Of a stretch of DNA of 64,000 nucleotides, positions 35,079 to 49,028 are shown in pieces. Location: positions 2,305,151-2,369,150 of the forward strand of contig BFEA01000025.1 in NCBI GenBank assembly GCA_003427395.1. The letters are read 5' to 3'. The notes beneath the pieces were generated by a model. The model saw only the letters and a program-made list of their open reading frames with translations. It was not told where the DNA came from and did no database searches. Position 1 is the first letter of the stretch, and each line of letters starts with the position of its first letter. The stretch comes from Chara braunii. Taxonomy: Eukaryota; Plantae; Charophyceae. Position numbers and translations under genes: made by a program.

Positions 35079-38000
35079 CTGCCATGGAAAACAACGCGGA
35101 AGCGAAGGACAACCACCACAAGTCCTCACGCGTCAGAAGCAAAGTCAAAACTGTAAATGATACACAATCAAGAACGAAAACCGAAGACGCACAGACTAGA
35201 GAGACAAAGATAACACAACCAGAATTGCATGATTTCCATTAGCCAACTCTTTTGAGTCCACAAACGGAAAGCATTTATCACCCAAAAAAACAAAACGGTA
35301 AAACCCAATGTCAATCACGCAAGCATGACTGTCTACAACGTAAGTGGCACACACGCACACACACACACAGACCAACAAACACAGGCACAGAACAAAGAGC
35401 AACAAACACACACGCACACACAGGGCAGCAACACATTCTTGTCCAACGCTAGGCAAAGTTTCGGAGATCTGTTTTGATAGGACCGACTTTGACTCGTAAG
35501 CCCTGCAAGGGGATAACTCAACTCAGAAGAGAAACCCAACCCAGCAGAAAAACAGAAAAGGTAAGCCGCCCGAAAGGGACACGAAAACAGAACCGTCTAC
35601 GTTGCCGATCGCTTGCACACGCACATATTTCCATTCATTTTCTTGCGCCCAAGGGTTGACTAGCACCCACGACCTGAGCGCACATGTTTCCATTCATACA
35701 CACACGAAGAATCATGCATTATCTTCGGGAACAGCACGCAAGTTGTACAAAACGGCACGCTAATATCCAACCGCAAATATCCAATCGGGCGTGCACTCCA
35801 ATAGATAGGCCGACGTCGGATGCGTATTTCCATCAGTTGACAGAATAGAGTCATCGAAGGATCCACAAAATCGCCACGATAAACCTTGCAACAAAGAGCG
35901 GCAAACAGTACAATTTCACGATGTCCTTTGACAATGTCTGAGGGATGCATGCTACCGTTGTTATAACTTGACGCTTGTATTCATTTGAAGAGGCGACGCA
36001 TGTCATCACACAAAGCCACTCCCCTTTCACACGGGGACAACATTCGTTGCCGATTTAAATTCGCCGTCCACAACTGGACCTTACGTGGGGTCCGCGGCCT
36101 GCTGGTTGAGCGGCGATATTCGGGAAATTCAAGCGTACGTTCTTTCCACGGTCTTTCGACGAATGTTCCACGGGCTATCGACGAATGCTCGACAAATTTC
36201 AGGGTAATCGACAACGTTCCAAGCACTTTCATCCTATTCAACCAACTTCTCAATCAAAAGAAGTGAAGCTTAGCTTTTTTGACCGGATGAGAAACACTTA
36301 CGAGACGACAACTGCCCGTGTTGCTCCGACGCCTCGTCCGCGACCTACTCCCACCGTTGGAACGTTCGTTCCAATGATATCTATCTTCATCGGCTTCCCG
36401 TCGAGGAGGACATTATTATAACGCTTAACGGCGGTCAAAGCATCATTTCTCCGAGCGAAGACGACTTCCGCACTTCCCTGCAACATGAACCGGAACAAAT
36501 TGAGCCATCCAAGGCCGCATCATTGGAGGATAATTGTCAGCAATTAAACGTTAAGCAAGAACGGACCATCCATCAGTTCATCCTTTGGCCCCCATATAAC
36601 GCCAAGGAAAACACAAGTTCGGTAGCCAAACAAGACACATAGGGCAGTTAGGAACTACAGCCCACTTCATTCCACTTCATAGTACTTGATTTGCAATTTT
36701 CTAATACGACAGCCCCTCCATCATCATGATAAAAAGTGCCGATGACATTTCACTCGGAGAAACTTCGATAGCACATGTCCATCATCGATAACCCAGACTT
36801 AACAATACAAAACACTTCGGACTGAACTCCTCAAACCCAATGATATACACCCCGACACCGGTCATTCATAGAGCAAATCAATTATACTCTGTGGACATCA
36901 AAGAAAGGAAGGAATGTCAGTTACACGTGTATTCAAACATTCTCTTTCGGTAGTAGGGGAAACGATGCTGAAGCTGGCGATGATAACGAAGCCAACAAAA
37001 AATCTTTCCGGTTTCATAGTCAGAAAAATTTAGAACGATGTCGTGGACAAATCAAATTACCGTTTTGACCCGAATAGAACGCCCTGTCAATGTTTCTGTA
37101 TTTAGGGCAAGCTATAATGACCAGAAACAGCGACAATGACCAACCGTCCTATTCCAGTGAAAACGGTAGGGCAAGCTATTGAGGTAACCGGTGTTCAGTT
37201 AACAGGTACAAACAAGATACACGTATCCACGGAATTTAAGCAATTTACGTTGCAACACGGAGGCCCAGTAGTATCTGTGGGGCGTTCCCACTTCGTCAAT
37301 CTTCATCACCACATCCTCTCTCACATGAACAACCCATGATCGTCAATCACAGCCACAAAGAATGCTACACTCTCGTCCTAACAAATAACGATAGTAATAT
37401 GGACTCAAAAAAATAACCCAAACAACAAGAGATAATAGACACTTTCTTTCAACCCAAACACCTGCGCTTTCGTCCACGCCTTTGAACAAAAGGCAACAAC
37501 GTTTCACAAGATGCAATAGACCACCCTTTAACTCAAAAATCTCAATCGGTGTGCAACGAGCGAATTAGCAAGAAGTCCACCCAGTTCACAAGTGAGCCAG
37601 ATGTTCACTTTCCGCTTGAAAAAACATACAGAAACTCGTCGCTATATGCACAGAGGAATGATATGCCGTTACCAGTACATGCGGTTTTATATAATGTCGA
37701 TGGTGAAATGGACGATATAGCACGTTACGTAGGGCTGGTAGCAACAACGTGGGAGTTAACAAGAAATCCACCCAGTTATATATGTCAGGCAGATAGATTT
37801 CCATTTGAGGAACAGACAAACCTACCGTTATTTGCACAAAGAACTGGTATGTTGTTACTAGTACATTCCCAGAGTTATGCAATGTCGATGGGATGCTTAA
37901 ATGAACTGCATAACATGTTACGGAGGACTGGTGACGAGACGTTATTCGGAGATTAGCATCAAATAATCACCAACAGCCGAACAAGAAATCCACCCAGTTT

Positions 38001-41000
38001 GTATGTCAGGCAGATAGATTTCCATTTGAGGAATAGACAAACCTACCGTTATTTGCACAAAGAACTGGTATGTTGTTACTAGTACATTCCCAGAGTTATG
38101 CAATGTCGATGGGATGCTTAAATGAATTGCATAACATGTTACGGAGGACTGGTGACGAGACGTTATTCGGAGATGAGCATCAAATAATCACCAACAGCCG
38201 AAACGTTATTAAGGAGATTAGCAACAAATAGTCACAACTCGTCATCAGGTCATATGCTCAAACTAGACACTTTTTTCGACCAAGCTCTGAGCGTAATTGC
38301 AGTCAGATGCATCATAGAGACCGGGCGTAAATGCAGTCAGATACATCATAGGAAAGGTCTAATGTGAGCATGCCCTGTCACAAGCAGTACCTCGACACTT
38401 AAATTCCATTCGCGTGAAACGCAAGAAAACGTACCTTCGAACGGCCACTTCTGTCAAAGTGGACCGAGCAGCGCTTCAAGTCGCCCACCTCCGAGAAGAG
38501 CTCCTGTCATTCCACAGCACAGGATTACATTCGTCAGATTACATGACTACTAAGCCATTATACAAACAAGCAGGCCGCAACAAATAACAGCCTACACCTT
38601 CACACGATCAGGGGCCTCGTTCACCAAGAGCCCTGCCGCATGCATTTAGCAACCATTTCCCGAGGAACAAACTGTGTTACAAACCTTACGGGGTTTTGCT
38701 TGCCCCACCTTCCTTTCGGTCGCAAGACTTAATCACAAAAGCTCGCAGATGTGATATGGACCGACAACGGTCATATAAGATCCAGCCAGAAAGGTGTTCA
38801 GAGCCTCACAACGGAGCTCAATCGCACGGCCAGGAGCCACAGTAAGAAAGCCAGTACGCTGAAACAGACGGATTCGTTGCCACGAACCGATCACACCATT
38901 GGAGGCCCTCCCCCGCCCAAACACAGCCCGTAAGAATCCCAACTATCTACAAATAATATACTGCAAAGCAATCTGCGGACGACCGACGAAATCGCCTCGG
39001 AAACGCCGCAGTATACCCCGAAGCTTCCCGACAACACTGATGGAATCGGTGGGAATCAGTGAGCAGGAATCCCATCACTATCACATTGGAAAGCAAACGC
39101 AGGATAACATGGCAAGAAATCTCATGAGCTGTCACGCACAAGCAGTTGAAAAGTCTCAATGCGAAGCAGTTGCTTCGAGACGATCAGATGAATAACCGGA
39201 CGATCATAACCTCTGTGTGACAAGACGATGCCACTGCGCCTTGCCTAAGGCCCATAGCAGAGCCGGCAAACACCACCCAAGTACATCACGAACGTCGCCA
39301 TAACTGCACCCGCACCTTAGTCGAATCCAATCACTCTTTTGAAAGGAAAGAATAACTACCCCAGTACTATAATTGTAACGTTCCAGAAGGTTGTTACCTA
39401 TTACCCACATCCGCTTACAAACCACACACCCGTGATCACACCTGCAACCGCTCAAGAGACCGAGCCCGTAACCGCACCCAGAAACGCGTCTGTGCAATTA
39501 TGACGCGTCAGCTGGCATAGCCGACGTCTCTTCACAACTTGGGCGCATCGACAGACACCCGCAAACAATCATAACATGGGCTGAGAGGAATGAATAGAAA
39601 CCTGCCAACTGCAACGAAGGAAGACCTGAATACAGGGGCACACAAGAACAGTCTTGAAACCCTAAAATCCGTCCAAGGCTTTGGAATTCATCCACGACTA
39701 AATCATGCGTCGAGCGCGTATAGATCGATCCAATAAATCATGCGACGAGCGCTTACAGATCTATCCAATAAATCATGTGTCGAACGCGTATAGATCTATC
39801 CAATAAATCATGCGTAGAGCGCGTATAGACTATGGAACGGTTTACGATAGACACGTATAGATTTATCCAGTAACAACAACCACACGGAATCCTAATGTCC
39901 AGACACGCCTCCAACGTCACAACAACCACTCGAGGATTACAGATACAGCCATCTAACCCTAAAGAGTTCGTTGAAGACAGCCGCCAACGTCGTCACAACA
40001 ACAGCCCGGAGATGCTCATGCACAGATACACCCCGTCATTACTTCGAATCAAGACCCGTGAAATGACCACACATCCGAATCACCAACAACATCCACCAGT
40101 CCGTGCACCTGCATTCCCATTCATCAGTTTTGAAGAAGATGATCAGTTTTAAAGAAGAGCATGTAACCACACCGCTGAACCGTACCAAGGGACAAAAGGT
40201 ACCCAAAAACCTAAACGCTTATTCCTGAGAAAACGATTATTCCTGAGACACCCTTCCACCCACCGCATCTCATATGTGACATAGAAGGTGCTAGCATCGT
40301 CAGCCGTAAGGAACTGAGATTCAGTGAAAACTAACAACCAACAAAAAACGCTAACGACTCAGCATGTCAAAGGTTACAAAAACGATTCTGAGCAACAAGA
40401 ATACCTCCCTCTGGACAGTATGTCGAATGTGCTGTCGACCAAAGAAAGACTGCTAACTTTACTTGACCCGACAAACTCCCTATTACCATGAGAGCAAAAT
40501 AGCCTTCGCCTGAATATTAACACGATAATAGATAGTTATGCTCCGGGTAACCCCAAGTACAAACAAACATAATGAGGAAACAGAAATCCAGCTTACCTTG
40601 ATGTCATCATTTGAGACATTGAAGTCGAGGTTGGAGATGTACAGTTTCGTTCCCGTTTGGAGCTCTACCGTTCTAACGACCGCTCCTTGAACTTTCGACA
40701 CACCTCTGAGAAGATCATTCTGCACACGACCAATCAATTAGCGGCCAGAGGTCAGCTCGTCTGTTCTTTTCGTCCCTAAGGGAAAAACATTATTGCAAAC
40801 CTGCAGAACCGGTTGGCCGATGAACATAATCAACCATAATATCAGAGTCGCTATCGAACCGGGTTTCCCCCTTCCCGTTTTCCTTATTTCGTCACAGAGA
40901 TGACGACGTAGCAATTTGTTGCTGACAAACGAGCCTGAAAAAAATGACCGACAGAACAACAGAGCTAAACATAACATGAGGAGAAACTGAGGTAGGGAAC

Positions 41001-41462
41001 GTCGCACCAGAGAGAAGACCGAACGTCACGATCTCACCCGGGACTAAGAAACATTGCCTACGTGTGCCAAACGAGAGCTAAGCTACGTTCCTACAGTGTG
41101 AACGACGATTTCCACTGACCATTAGGAACATCAGGAAAGGGAGAAGCGGGATGGGGAGGTGCAAGAACAACTAGATCGAAGTTACCCATTTCTTCGTCTC
41201 TCGAAAATTAACACACCTTCACTGCCGAGTAGGGAGCAGCTCGCAGAAGACCTCTCTGCGTGCCGACACGGCGAATCGGTCCAGCGGCTCCTAGATTACC
41301 ACCACGGGCGAAACCACGGCCGGCTCTCCGAAAGACTCCGCGCCCGCGCCCGCCAAGAGCACCCCTCCCAGCTCCCCTGCCGCCACCCCTCCCCGCTCCT
41401 CTGCCTGCAGTCTTACTCGACTTAATGAGGTCATCCAGGGACATATCCAAGGCACTACCCAT
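34868..41462 (-). CDS. ALY: ALY/REF mRNA export adaptor (THO complex subunit 4), 5 coding exons: 41217-41462, 40597-40719, 38435-38503, 36302-36477, 34868-35078 (825 nt, 274 aa)
   Basis: N-terminal motif MGSALDMSLDDLIK, RGG-rich linker, RRM (TGTKLYISNLDFNVSNDDIK|ELFSEVGDLKRCSVHFDRSGRSK|GSAEVVFARRNDALTAVKRYNNVLLDGKPMKI), second RGG region, C-terminal KTAEELDAELDSYHAEAMQP*. All four introns are GT-AG and join in frame (phases 0,0,0,2). The exon 2 acceptor is the least certain boundary. Confidence 0.95.
36302..36477 (-). CDS. ALY: ALY exon 4 (GSAEVVFARRNDALTAVKRYNNVLLDGKPMKIDII...)
   Basis: ttgcag|GGA ... TC|gtaagt; C-terminal half of the RRM. Confidence 0.95.
37758..38202. repeat. Recent ~221-bp tandem duplication in ALY intron 3, with an older degenerate copy from about 37567
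   Basis: ACAAGAAATCCACCCAGTT...CACCAACAGCCGAA twice, near-identical. Confidence 0.95.
38435..38503 (-). CDS. ALY: ALY exon 3 (ELFSEVGDLKRCSVHFDRSGRSK), too short for the ORF track
   Basis: gacag|GAG...AAG|gtacgt; 23 codons matching the conserved ALY RRM segment. Confidence 0.95.
39699..39829. repeat. 35-bp minisatellite, about 3.7 copies, in ALY intron 2
   Basis: TAAATCATGCGTCGAGCGCGTATAGATCTATCCAA. Confidence 0.95.
40597..40719 (-). CDS. ALY: ALY exon 2 (NDLL...TGTKLYISNLDFNVSNDDIK)
   Basis: Acceptor gtgcag|AAT, donor AAG|GTAAGC; contains RNP2 LYISNL. Confidence 0.88.
41217..41462 (-). CDS. ALY: ALY exon 1 (MGSALDMSLDDLIK...AAPYSAVK)
   Basis: ATG at 41462; donor AAG|GTGTGT; 82 codons. 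Confidence 0.92.
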
Positions 41463-41769
41463 CCTTGTAGATGGCACCTCCTTCCTCACAGCCAAGTCTC
41501 CTCAGCACAGTCAAACTCTCCTGGCTAATCCGACCCCTAGCGATGGCCGCCAGCACGCCGGAAGTTCTTCCAGAGGAGGAGCGCTGAGGGGCGGTGCTAC
41601 GCGGCGCGGGAAGGGTCTGCGCTGCGCAGAGTTTCCAGGGAATAGGCTGCTGAGTGAACGCGACGCCACCACATACGACGAACCACGTAAAGAGCAAGTG
41701 GCGAAGAAGAAGATGGGTGCCCGGTTCAACGACAGCAAAAACCAACAGGAACGGAAATTAGGGCAAAGA

Positions 41770-41778
41770 GGCGGGAAA
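41770..41778 (-). promoter_or_regulatory. Possible E2F site (TTTCCCGCC) about 310 bp upstream of the ALY ATG
   Basis: Exact consensus match only. Confidence 0.25.
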
Positions 41779-42652
41779 AGAACAACGACGGGGGCACGGA
41801 TCCGCTCGCCGACTTCAAACCCGCCGCCTCCCGTGCCGCACGACGGTTCTCTGATTACAGATTAAACCCAGGCAAAAAAGCCGTGACACGATTCCCGAGG
41901 GCCGTTGGTGGCCGCTCTGGTGACTTACTTGCTGGAATGAAGTGCAGGGCTCTGCGGCGCTCCGAGCGATACGCACCCAGAGGCCGAAGTCCCACCACTA
42001 CCGGTAACCGCTCGATCGAGTAGTTTTTGAGCCTTGGCGACGCTGCAACGTCCGATCTCATTGCCGGTAACATCTCATGGCCTCACTGTGGCCATATCAA
42101 AAAATGTACCCCAAAAAAACTACTCGATCGAGCTGCCACAGCCGTGGGGGGATAGCCCCCCACTCAAGAGGTGTTGGGACTTCTCAGCCTTTCAGCCTTT
42201 TAGCCTCTCGCCGAACGTGGAGGGAAAGGGCTGGAGTCTCCAGCTACGAGGGGCCCGAAAGAAGACAACGCGGCCGGAATTCCGTGAACGTTCCTTGCGT
42301 GTGACTGAGCCGTTCTCCCTGTATGGTTGCTGGCGTGAGGAAGCAAATGCAAGCAGAGCAAGCCGCTGATCTGTGGGCCTCGCTGCACTTCTCTCCACAT
42401 GCGCAAAAGACAAAAACGATGGCAATGTATCTTTCCATGTTCTACAGGTGGATTCGGTCTCATTTTGCACATTTGGAGAGTAGTGCGGCGAGGGCCTCTA
42501 TGTAGATACCAACTGGCCTACAGTCCCCCGAACAAAACGCACGTATGTACTATTCAACTTCCCCTGGAACTCTATTTTTAGAAGTAACTCCTGAAAATCC
42601 GAATAGTAGGCACGTTCAAATAGTACACGCGTACGTACTATTCGAATAGTAC

Positions 42653-42656
<4 letters not shown>

Positions 42657-42728
<72 letters not shown>

Positions 42729-43133
42729 NNNNNNNNNNNNNNNNNNNNNNNNNNNNNNNNNNNNNNNNNNNNNNNNNNNNNNNNNNNNNNNNNNNNNNNN
42801 NNNNNNNNNNNNNNNNNNNNNNNNNNNNNNNNNNNNNNNNNNNNNNNNNNNNNNNNNNNNNNNNNNNNNNNNNNNNNNNNNNNNNNNNNNNNNNNNNNNN
42901 NNNNNNNNNNNNNNNNNNNNNNNNNNNNNNNNNNNNNNNNNNNNNNNNNNNNNNNNNNNNNNNNNNNNNNNNNNNNNNNNNNNNNNNNNNNNNNNNNNNN
43001 NNNNNNNNNNNNNNNNNNNNNNNNNNNNNNNNNNNNNNNNNNNNNNNNNNNNNNNNNNNNNNNNNNNNNNNNNNNNNNNNNNNNNNNNNNNNNNNNNNNN
43101 NNNNNNNNNNNNNNNNNNNNNNNNNNNNNNNNN

Positions 43134-43200
<67 letters not shown>
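42657..43200. other. (CT)n microsatellite containing an assembly gap (N 42729-43133)
   Basis: Direct reading. Confidence 0.99.
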
Positions 43201-43205
<5 letters not shown>

Positions 43206-45882
43206 CCTCCCTCTCTCCCTCCCTCTCTTCCTCCGTCCCTCCCTCTTCCCATATCTGGCCACAATCGCGACAGAAAATGGGATTACCGCGCACTCCAATA
43301 AATGACTAGCTAAAAACACAACTCAAAGTATTTCGGGAAAAAAATGGGATAACCACGCGCTCCAAGAAACGACAGGCCAAACTACTCTCTCTCTCTCTCT
43401 CTGGCTTCCTTATCGCCTCTGACATGGAGGTTTTATTGTCTACGTACACTCTCGCTCCACTCCTCTACACATGCAGGATGTATACTTTCGTTTTCTAGGG
43501 GAAGATTCATCATGGAGACTTTTTTTTTTTTTTTTTTTTGTAATGAGGAGTAGTTCTCAGTTTATGTGTGTCGCTCCAACTGCGGCGGATGCCCGAAGGA
43601 CAGGCCCGTAGCTACAAAGGGTGTATACCGATTTTTTTTTTTTAGGCCGTATTTTGAAGATGGTGCCTAAAACCCATAATAGCATAACGCATGTGCGTTA
43701 TATACGAATACAGCGCACATCATGCGTTGTATTCATATACAACACACGTGCGTTTTGTTCGAGGGAAGACTATAGCTCATGACATACTCACACTGGCACG
43801 TACAATCGCAAATTTTATGTGAGTCGATTTGCAATAATACATCATTTTCCAGTCACACATCACACCCATCACAAAACAGAAAGGACACAATTTAAACCTA
43901 CTCTAGGAATGCGATTGTACGGGTTGAGGGGTTACACAACACGATGCATAAAAATTCATCCCTCTTTCCTTTTTTTAAAAAAAAAAATCTTACGAGAGTT
44001 GTCCACCAAACGTCGAATTCTTTTTTTTTTTTAAGAAAGAAACAAATTTGAAAAAATATGCAATTGCAATTGCGTGGACGTCCGGAGGTTCCCGCAAAGT
44101 ACGTAACCCTGTGGTTGTCCAAACCGTTGATATTTACGTGCCCATTTGTGTGGAAACATAAAATACACACCCCTTGTGACAAAAGAAAACTCCTACGATT
44201 TACGACTTTATGAAAATACGTGTTCGTGTGAGTTTTCTCTTAATTGGTACACTCGTGAACTGTTGCAACACCTATCGAAGTTCGAGTTTAAATGTCGATC
44301 AAATAAGTGAGAACAACTATGAATTAAGGGTTTGTCATACCATTGTTGAATAGAGAAACCTCAACGGTTTGTAATGGTATTTAAACAGTTTGTAATGGTC
44401 TCTAGACAGTTTGTAATGGTCTCCTGACATTTTGTAATTGTCTTTTTACGGTTTGTAATGGTCATACAGACTGTCGCGATTCAAAAAATATTGTCTCACA
44501 CCACTTTCGAAACAACCCTATACATCTACCTACATCATCCAAAGGTTTGGGAACCCTCTCATGACTCTCGAAAAACATGTTCAGGATGGTGGCACAAAAA
44601 TTACGATTGACTAAAAACAAAATTGTCATCCATTAAATGCACACACTGCAGCTCAAAAATCACCACTCTATACAATGTTGTGTGGTGAAGAGGGGGGGTA
44701 ACCGTCGAAACAGGAATTGTCGAGAAATCTCTAACAAACGTAGAAAGATACTCAGATTTAAGAAGCGTATCGGCAGACCTTCAAGGAAAATAATTTTAAA
44801 TCGAACGGGGTATTACGCCTTTATAGTCGAGTTCATTTACAGTAGATAAATTAAGGAAAATAATTTTGAATCGAACGGGGTAAGTAATTCCTATAACATA
44901 TTCATACTACCATTTTCTTAAACATGTTTTATGATAATTACGGTTATACATGTATGTGCCCGACCCTAATCACGTAAAAAATTCACTTCAAAATATCATA
45001 ACATGATCATGAGCAAATTTAACAAGGTGAAGGATGTGGATATGATATTTTTCATATGTTAAAATGAGGAGTCAGAATATAAGATAAAGACGAAAAAGAT
45101 AGAGAGAGGGAAAAAGAGACAGATAGATGTGAGAAGAGGTTGAGAGGGGGGAAGGGGGAAGGGGGAGAGGGGGGGGGAGACGATAGTCCATAAATTTTTA
45201 AATCGAGGACAATTAAAATCTTTATATTAAGAGCACGAGTTGTAGTTTAAGATTATTCTTAATTATTTTTGTCTTCGGGCGATAATGACAAAAACATATT
45301 TTTATGTCATTAAGTGTATTCCTCAGACATGATAGCATCAGTGGTGATATGCAACTGTCATGGAGTATACTTTATTTTTATACAAGCAATGAAAATATAT
45401 ATGCAATGCGAATGAAAATATAACATGATTACAACAATATGGCAATGACAGTCTTACTCTTCGTGCAAATGTGGACAATCGCATGCGCACATACATTACT
45501 TTGTAATGGTGAACATATTTGTGATTGAGTGAAGATAGGAAGAGCGAACGCAAGCGCGTTGCCGAAGCTTAAAAACACATAATCATCCCCGAGTGCAAAG
45601 CACAACACACTGGTAGAGCCTTCATAGCCTGAAGCCCAAACGAGGGGTCAAGTTCTCGAAAATTTTAAACAATACAGATCATACTTCGATCGTGTCTCAT
45701 GCCATCGTATCCTGATAATCGTCAATATCCTAACCCTAACCCATCACTTCCCCGACGTGACCGACACACTAGCGAATTCCCCTACGCTGTGTTTTTATTG
45801 TCGCCAACGACGTTCTCAGGTGGAAGGCGACCCTCTTGATGGAAGTCGAGCCACAGTCAACCATTAAATACGGTTGATGTAC

Positions 45883-46980
45883 TCATAGTTTTAGTCTATT
45901 CAACCTATTCCCCGATACCTTTCCCACTTTGGGTGTTCGTCGCTCGATAAAACGTCCCAAAGTATTGTTGAACATTTCCCTCGCGTAACCCAACAGTCTG
46001 AGCTCTCTACTAAGCGTCAGCAGGGACAATTCAACCGGTTCCACAGTAGTCGTACACGCATGAATCCTTAATAATGCACTAGTTATTACCGCCTTCTTTT
46101 GTTTTTTGTCAGAGTAGGACCCAAAACTTTGCATCGACTTATAACGAAATTCCTCACTCCAAACGTTGTCCTTCCCACACAAACATCGACATATCATCAA
46201 CCAATTTTATCCATTGGGCCAGGTTCCTATCCTTACCCAAAGAGCCCATGAAACAAGCCTCATTGAACATGCACAACGGCAGGCTAACGAGGGGGTACTG
46301 CTTTTTCCTATCGACACCCCCATTACTTGCTTGATAATTTTTTATGCGGTCACCGGATACATATTATCCAACTCATACGACACGTACCTAACCACCTGCT
46401 TTGTACTAATGAAACCCACTTTCCTCCCTCTCTGTTTCACAAAGGACACTCCTTTCCCTCTCCTCTTAATGAACACCCTATGCCTCTCTTTCTTACCTAG
46501 TTCATCCGCCAGCCGGATTAACGCTCGCTTAATAGAAGAATGCGGGAGTTCATTAAACATTTCCTTAATATCGAACGACAACTCCTTCACACATCCTCCT
46601 TTCCCTTTAGATTGTGGCCACATTTAGACTTTTTCCATCTTACTTTTTAACTCCCCCGTCGACCTCCTGTTAATAAAAAAAATCATATGTAAAACACAGG
46701 CCACGTTGGCGAAGATTTCACAACGGCCTGTCGAGTAATAAAAGTCTCCAAAGTTCACTTGCATTTAACTAATTGGAGCTTATTTATCCTCAAATTGAAG
46801 TGGCACGAAGGAGGCAGCAGTAGCATCATACCATTCAGTGCTTTAGATATTCTTAGGTGGCTAGATGGCTCAAAAGTAGGAAGGGGTAATAGGGCGGAAT
46901 CTGCAAACATCCTTGTTCTTAGGGATAATGAACGCGTGGTCCAATCTCCCTTTTCCATCTCATTTCCCCAACTTCTCAAA
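45883..46980 (-). mobile_element. Second decayed Penelope-like RT fragment of the same group, internally deleted
   Basis: IIPKNKDVCRFRPITPSY, SFDIKEMFNELPH, IIKQVMGVSIGKSSTPSLA, IKLVDDM, QKKAVITSALLRI; colinear with the 17.6-19.7 kb copy. Confidence 0.78.
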
Positions 46981-47059
46981 TCCCACTTTCAATTTGTGAT
47001 TATTCAATTGGTATGCTATCTTCATGCGACGCGCTGCAATATCGTCTTACCTAGTATTA

Positions 47060-47400
47060 CCGACGTTCGGGACGGGTCGAGCGCCCGAACGTACGTGATT
47101 CCTTAGGGATGCGTTCGGCCGTTCGGGCTGAACGTGGAAAAAAATAATCATAATAATAAATGAATAATTCAAAAAAATATGAAAAAATAAATAAAAATGA
47201 AGACAAAGAAAATAAACAACATTTGTATGAGAATTATATTCAAAATTTTTACCAAATTTCAAATAGAAATAAAATACAGAAAATAAAAAAAATAAATAAA
47301 TAAAAAATAAATAAAAAGAGAATTAAAATTAGTGAGTGAGCGAGCATGTTTTCGACAACGTCGTCTTTGACGATTTTTCATTTTTGTTCGGCACAACCAA
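47060..47400 (+). mobile_element. Fragment of the same larger TIR family, lacking U2
   Basis: TTCGGGACGGGTCGAGCGCCCGAACGTACG ... GAGCATGTTTTCGAC matches the 12.2-12.85 kb and 22.7-23.2 kb segments. Confidence 0.6.
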
Positions 47401-49028
47401 ATTCGCAAAAAATTTACAGATGTGTACTTCACATAATACAAAACTTATTAAAAAGGTTTCAAAAACTAATGAAGTTTTTTAGGCCCCGCAAAGGTACAGC
47501 AACTTCTACGCAATTGATTTTGGGACCAAGACTAGTCAGCAGTAGCAAAGAAGAGAAACTTTATCAAAAGGATTGAGGCGTTGAGGCTATGCAGGGTTAT
47601 TCCCATCGGTTTTGCTTTACGTCTCGGTCATCGGATTCGTCGATGAAACCAAGAGGTACCATTTTTTTTTTTTTTTTTTTTTTTCATCTGTGATTATAGT
47701 GGTACTGACACAACGGGCCACTACCAATCTTAGACTAAAGTTATAAAGATATGAGAGCTGGACAATCGAAGGTTTTTTCATAATTGAGTAGGATTACGGG
47801 GCGTGTTTTTAACGAAGTAAATCATAAGATTCATGATGGACCTAACGTAAAAAAAAAAAGACAATGAGAGCGAAGGTGGACATGACAACGGAGGAGATGA
47901 GCTGGACGAAGGGAAAACAGAATAACCCATATAGGAGATAGGGGTTTTGCAACATGGCGAATCAGTTTGTGGTGTCGACTATCGGCTTGGATGAGTAGTT
48001 TAGCTGGTGCAAGGTGTGAAGGCTGCGTGCAGGGTGATACGTTTCGTACGGGAGACTTGTGTCACGGGTAGGTTATGCAACTTGAACCACTTCAGTCTGG
48101 GCGACTTTTGCTTGTGGGGTGTCTACCACAGGTGTGCATGATGGTTGGATAAGAGAGACAGATGTTTGAGTGTGGCTGGTGACATATTGTCTCATTTTCT
48201 ATCAGAAGATTTATTCTCATTTTGCATATTCAGTTAGTAGTGGACCATGACCTATCTAGGTTGGGCGCAACTTGTAATCGCCCTGATCATTGTGGTATCA
48301 AAGGTGATTGTTATTGTACTGTTCATAGTTTCGGTATCACTCTCATTGCGCATGGTCGGCCTCATGATGCTCGTAATGACGCTTCTTCTAGTGACTCTCA
48401 CCTTGTCTGTGATGTCTGTTATCGTGGTAGTCGCCATCGTTGTGGTATTCCTATTCGTCTTCATCGTTATGCTTTCTTGTTGTGCGTGTATCCCAATGGT
48501 TGACTCTGAAGTGGTTATTAGTCAGGGCTTCGAAGTTGTTGAAGCCATCATCCCCATTAGCAAGGGCACTCCCTGGTTTCGTGGCTTTTTTTGGGCACGT
48601 TGCGGTCGTACTGGCATCATGCACCTGGTCATAATTTGGACCAAGATGAAGTGGGCTTCTCTGTTATTGAAAAAGGAGGCAAAATGGGTTTAAGGGAGAC
48701 CACGAAGTAGAATGGGGAATGGCAGCAAGAGGGAAATGGTAGAAATCGCGTGTGGGAGGAGAACGGGCGAGAAGATAGAGGCGACGTACGAGCGGAAAGG
48801 CTGACTAGAATTAGGTACTGAAGCGAATAGTAGGGAAAACGACGTACCAATTCATATTCTAGTGCTAAATTCATTCTCACTTTGCACATTTGGTGAGTTG
48901 TAGAGCGAGGTTGCGGAGGTCGTTGTGACCGTTTGCTTGGGATGTGCATCCACCACTTGGCTAGCCCCGCTTGTCATCCCGTTGAGAGAAGGTTAACAAT
49001 AGTCGTATTTTTCATCACCACTTCATGA

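Noticed and set aside
41260-41865. 201-aa plus-strand ORF
   Set aside because: Antisense shadow of GC-rich ALY exon 1 and its 5' region.
42498-43319. Long ORFs spanning Ns
   Set aside because: Artefacts of (CT)n plus the assembly gap.
45729-45742. CCTAACCCTAACCC telomere-like repeat near the end of the second PLE
   Set aside because: Only about two units; insufficient to claim telomere association.
48247-48693. 148-aa hydrophobic membrane-protein-like ORF
   Set aside because: Produced by degenerate trinucleotide low-complexity sequence within repeats.
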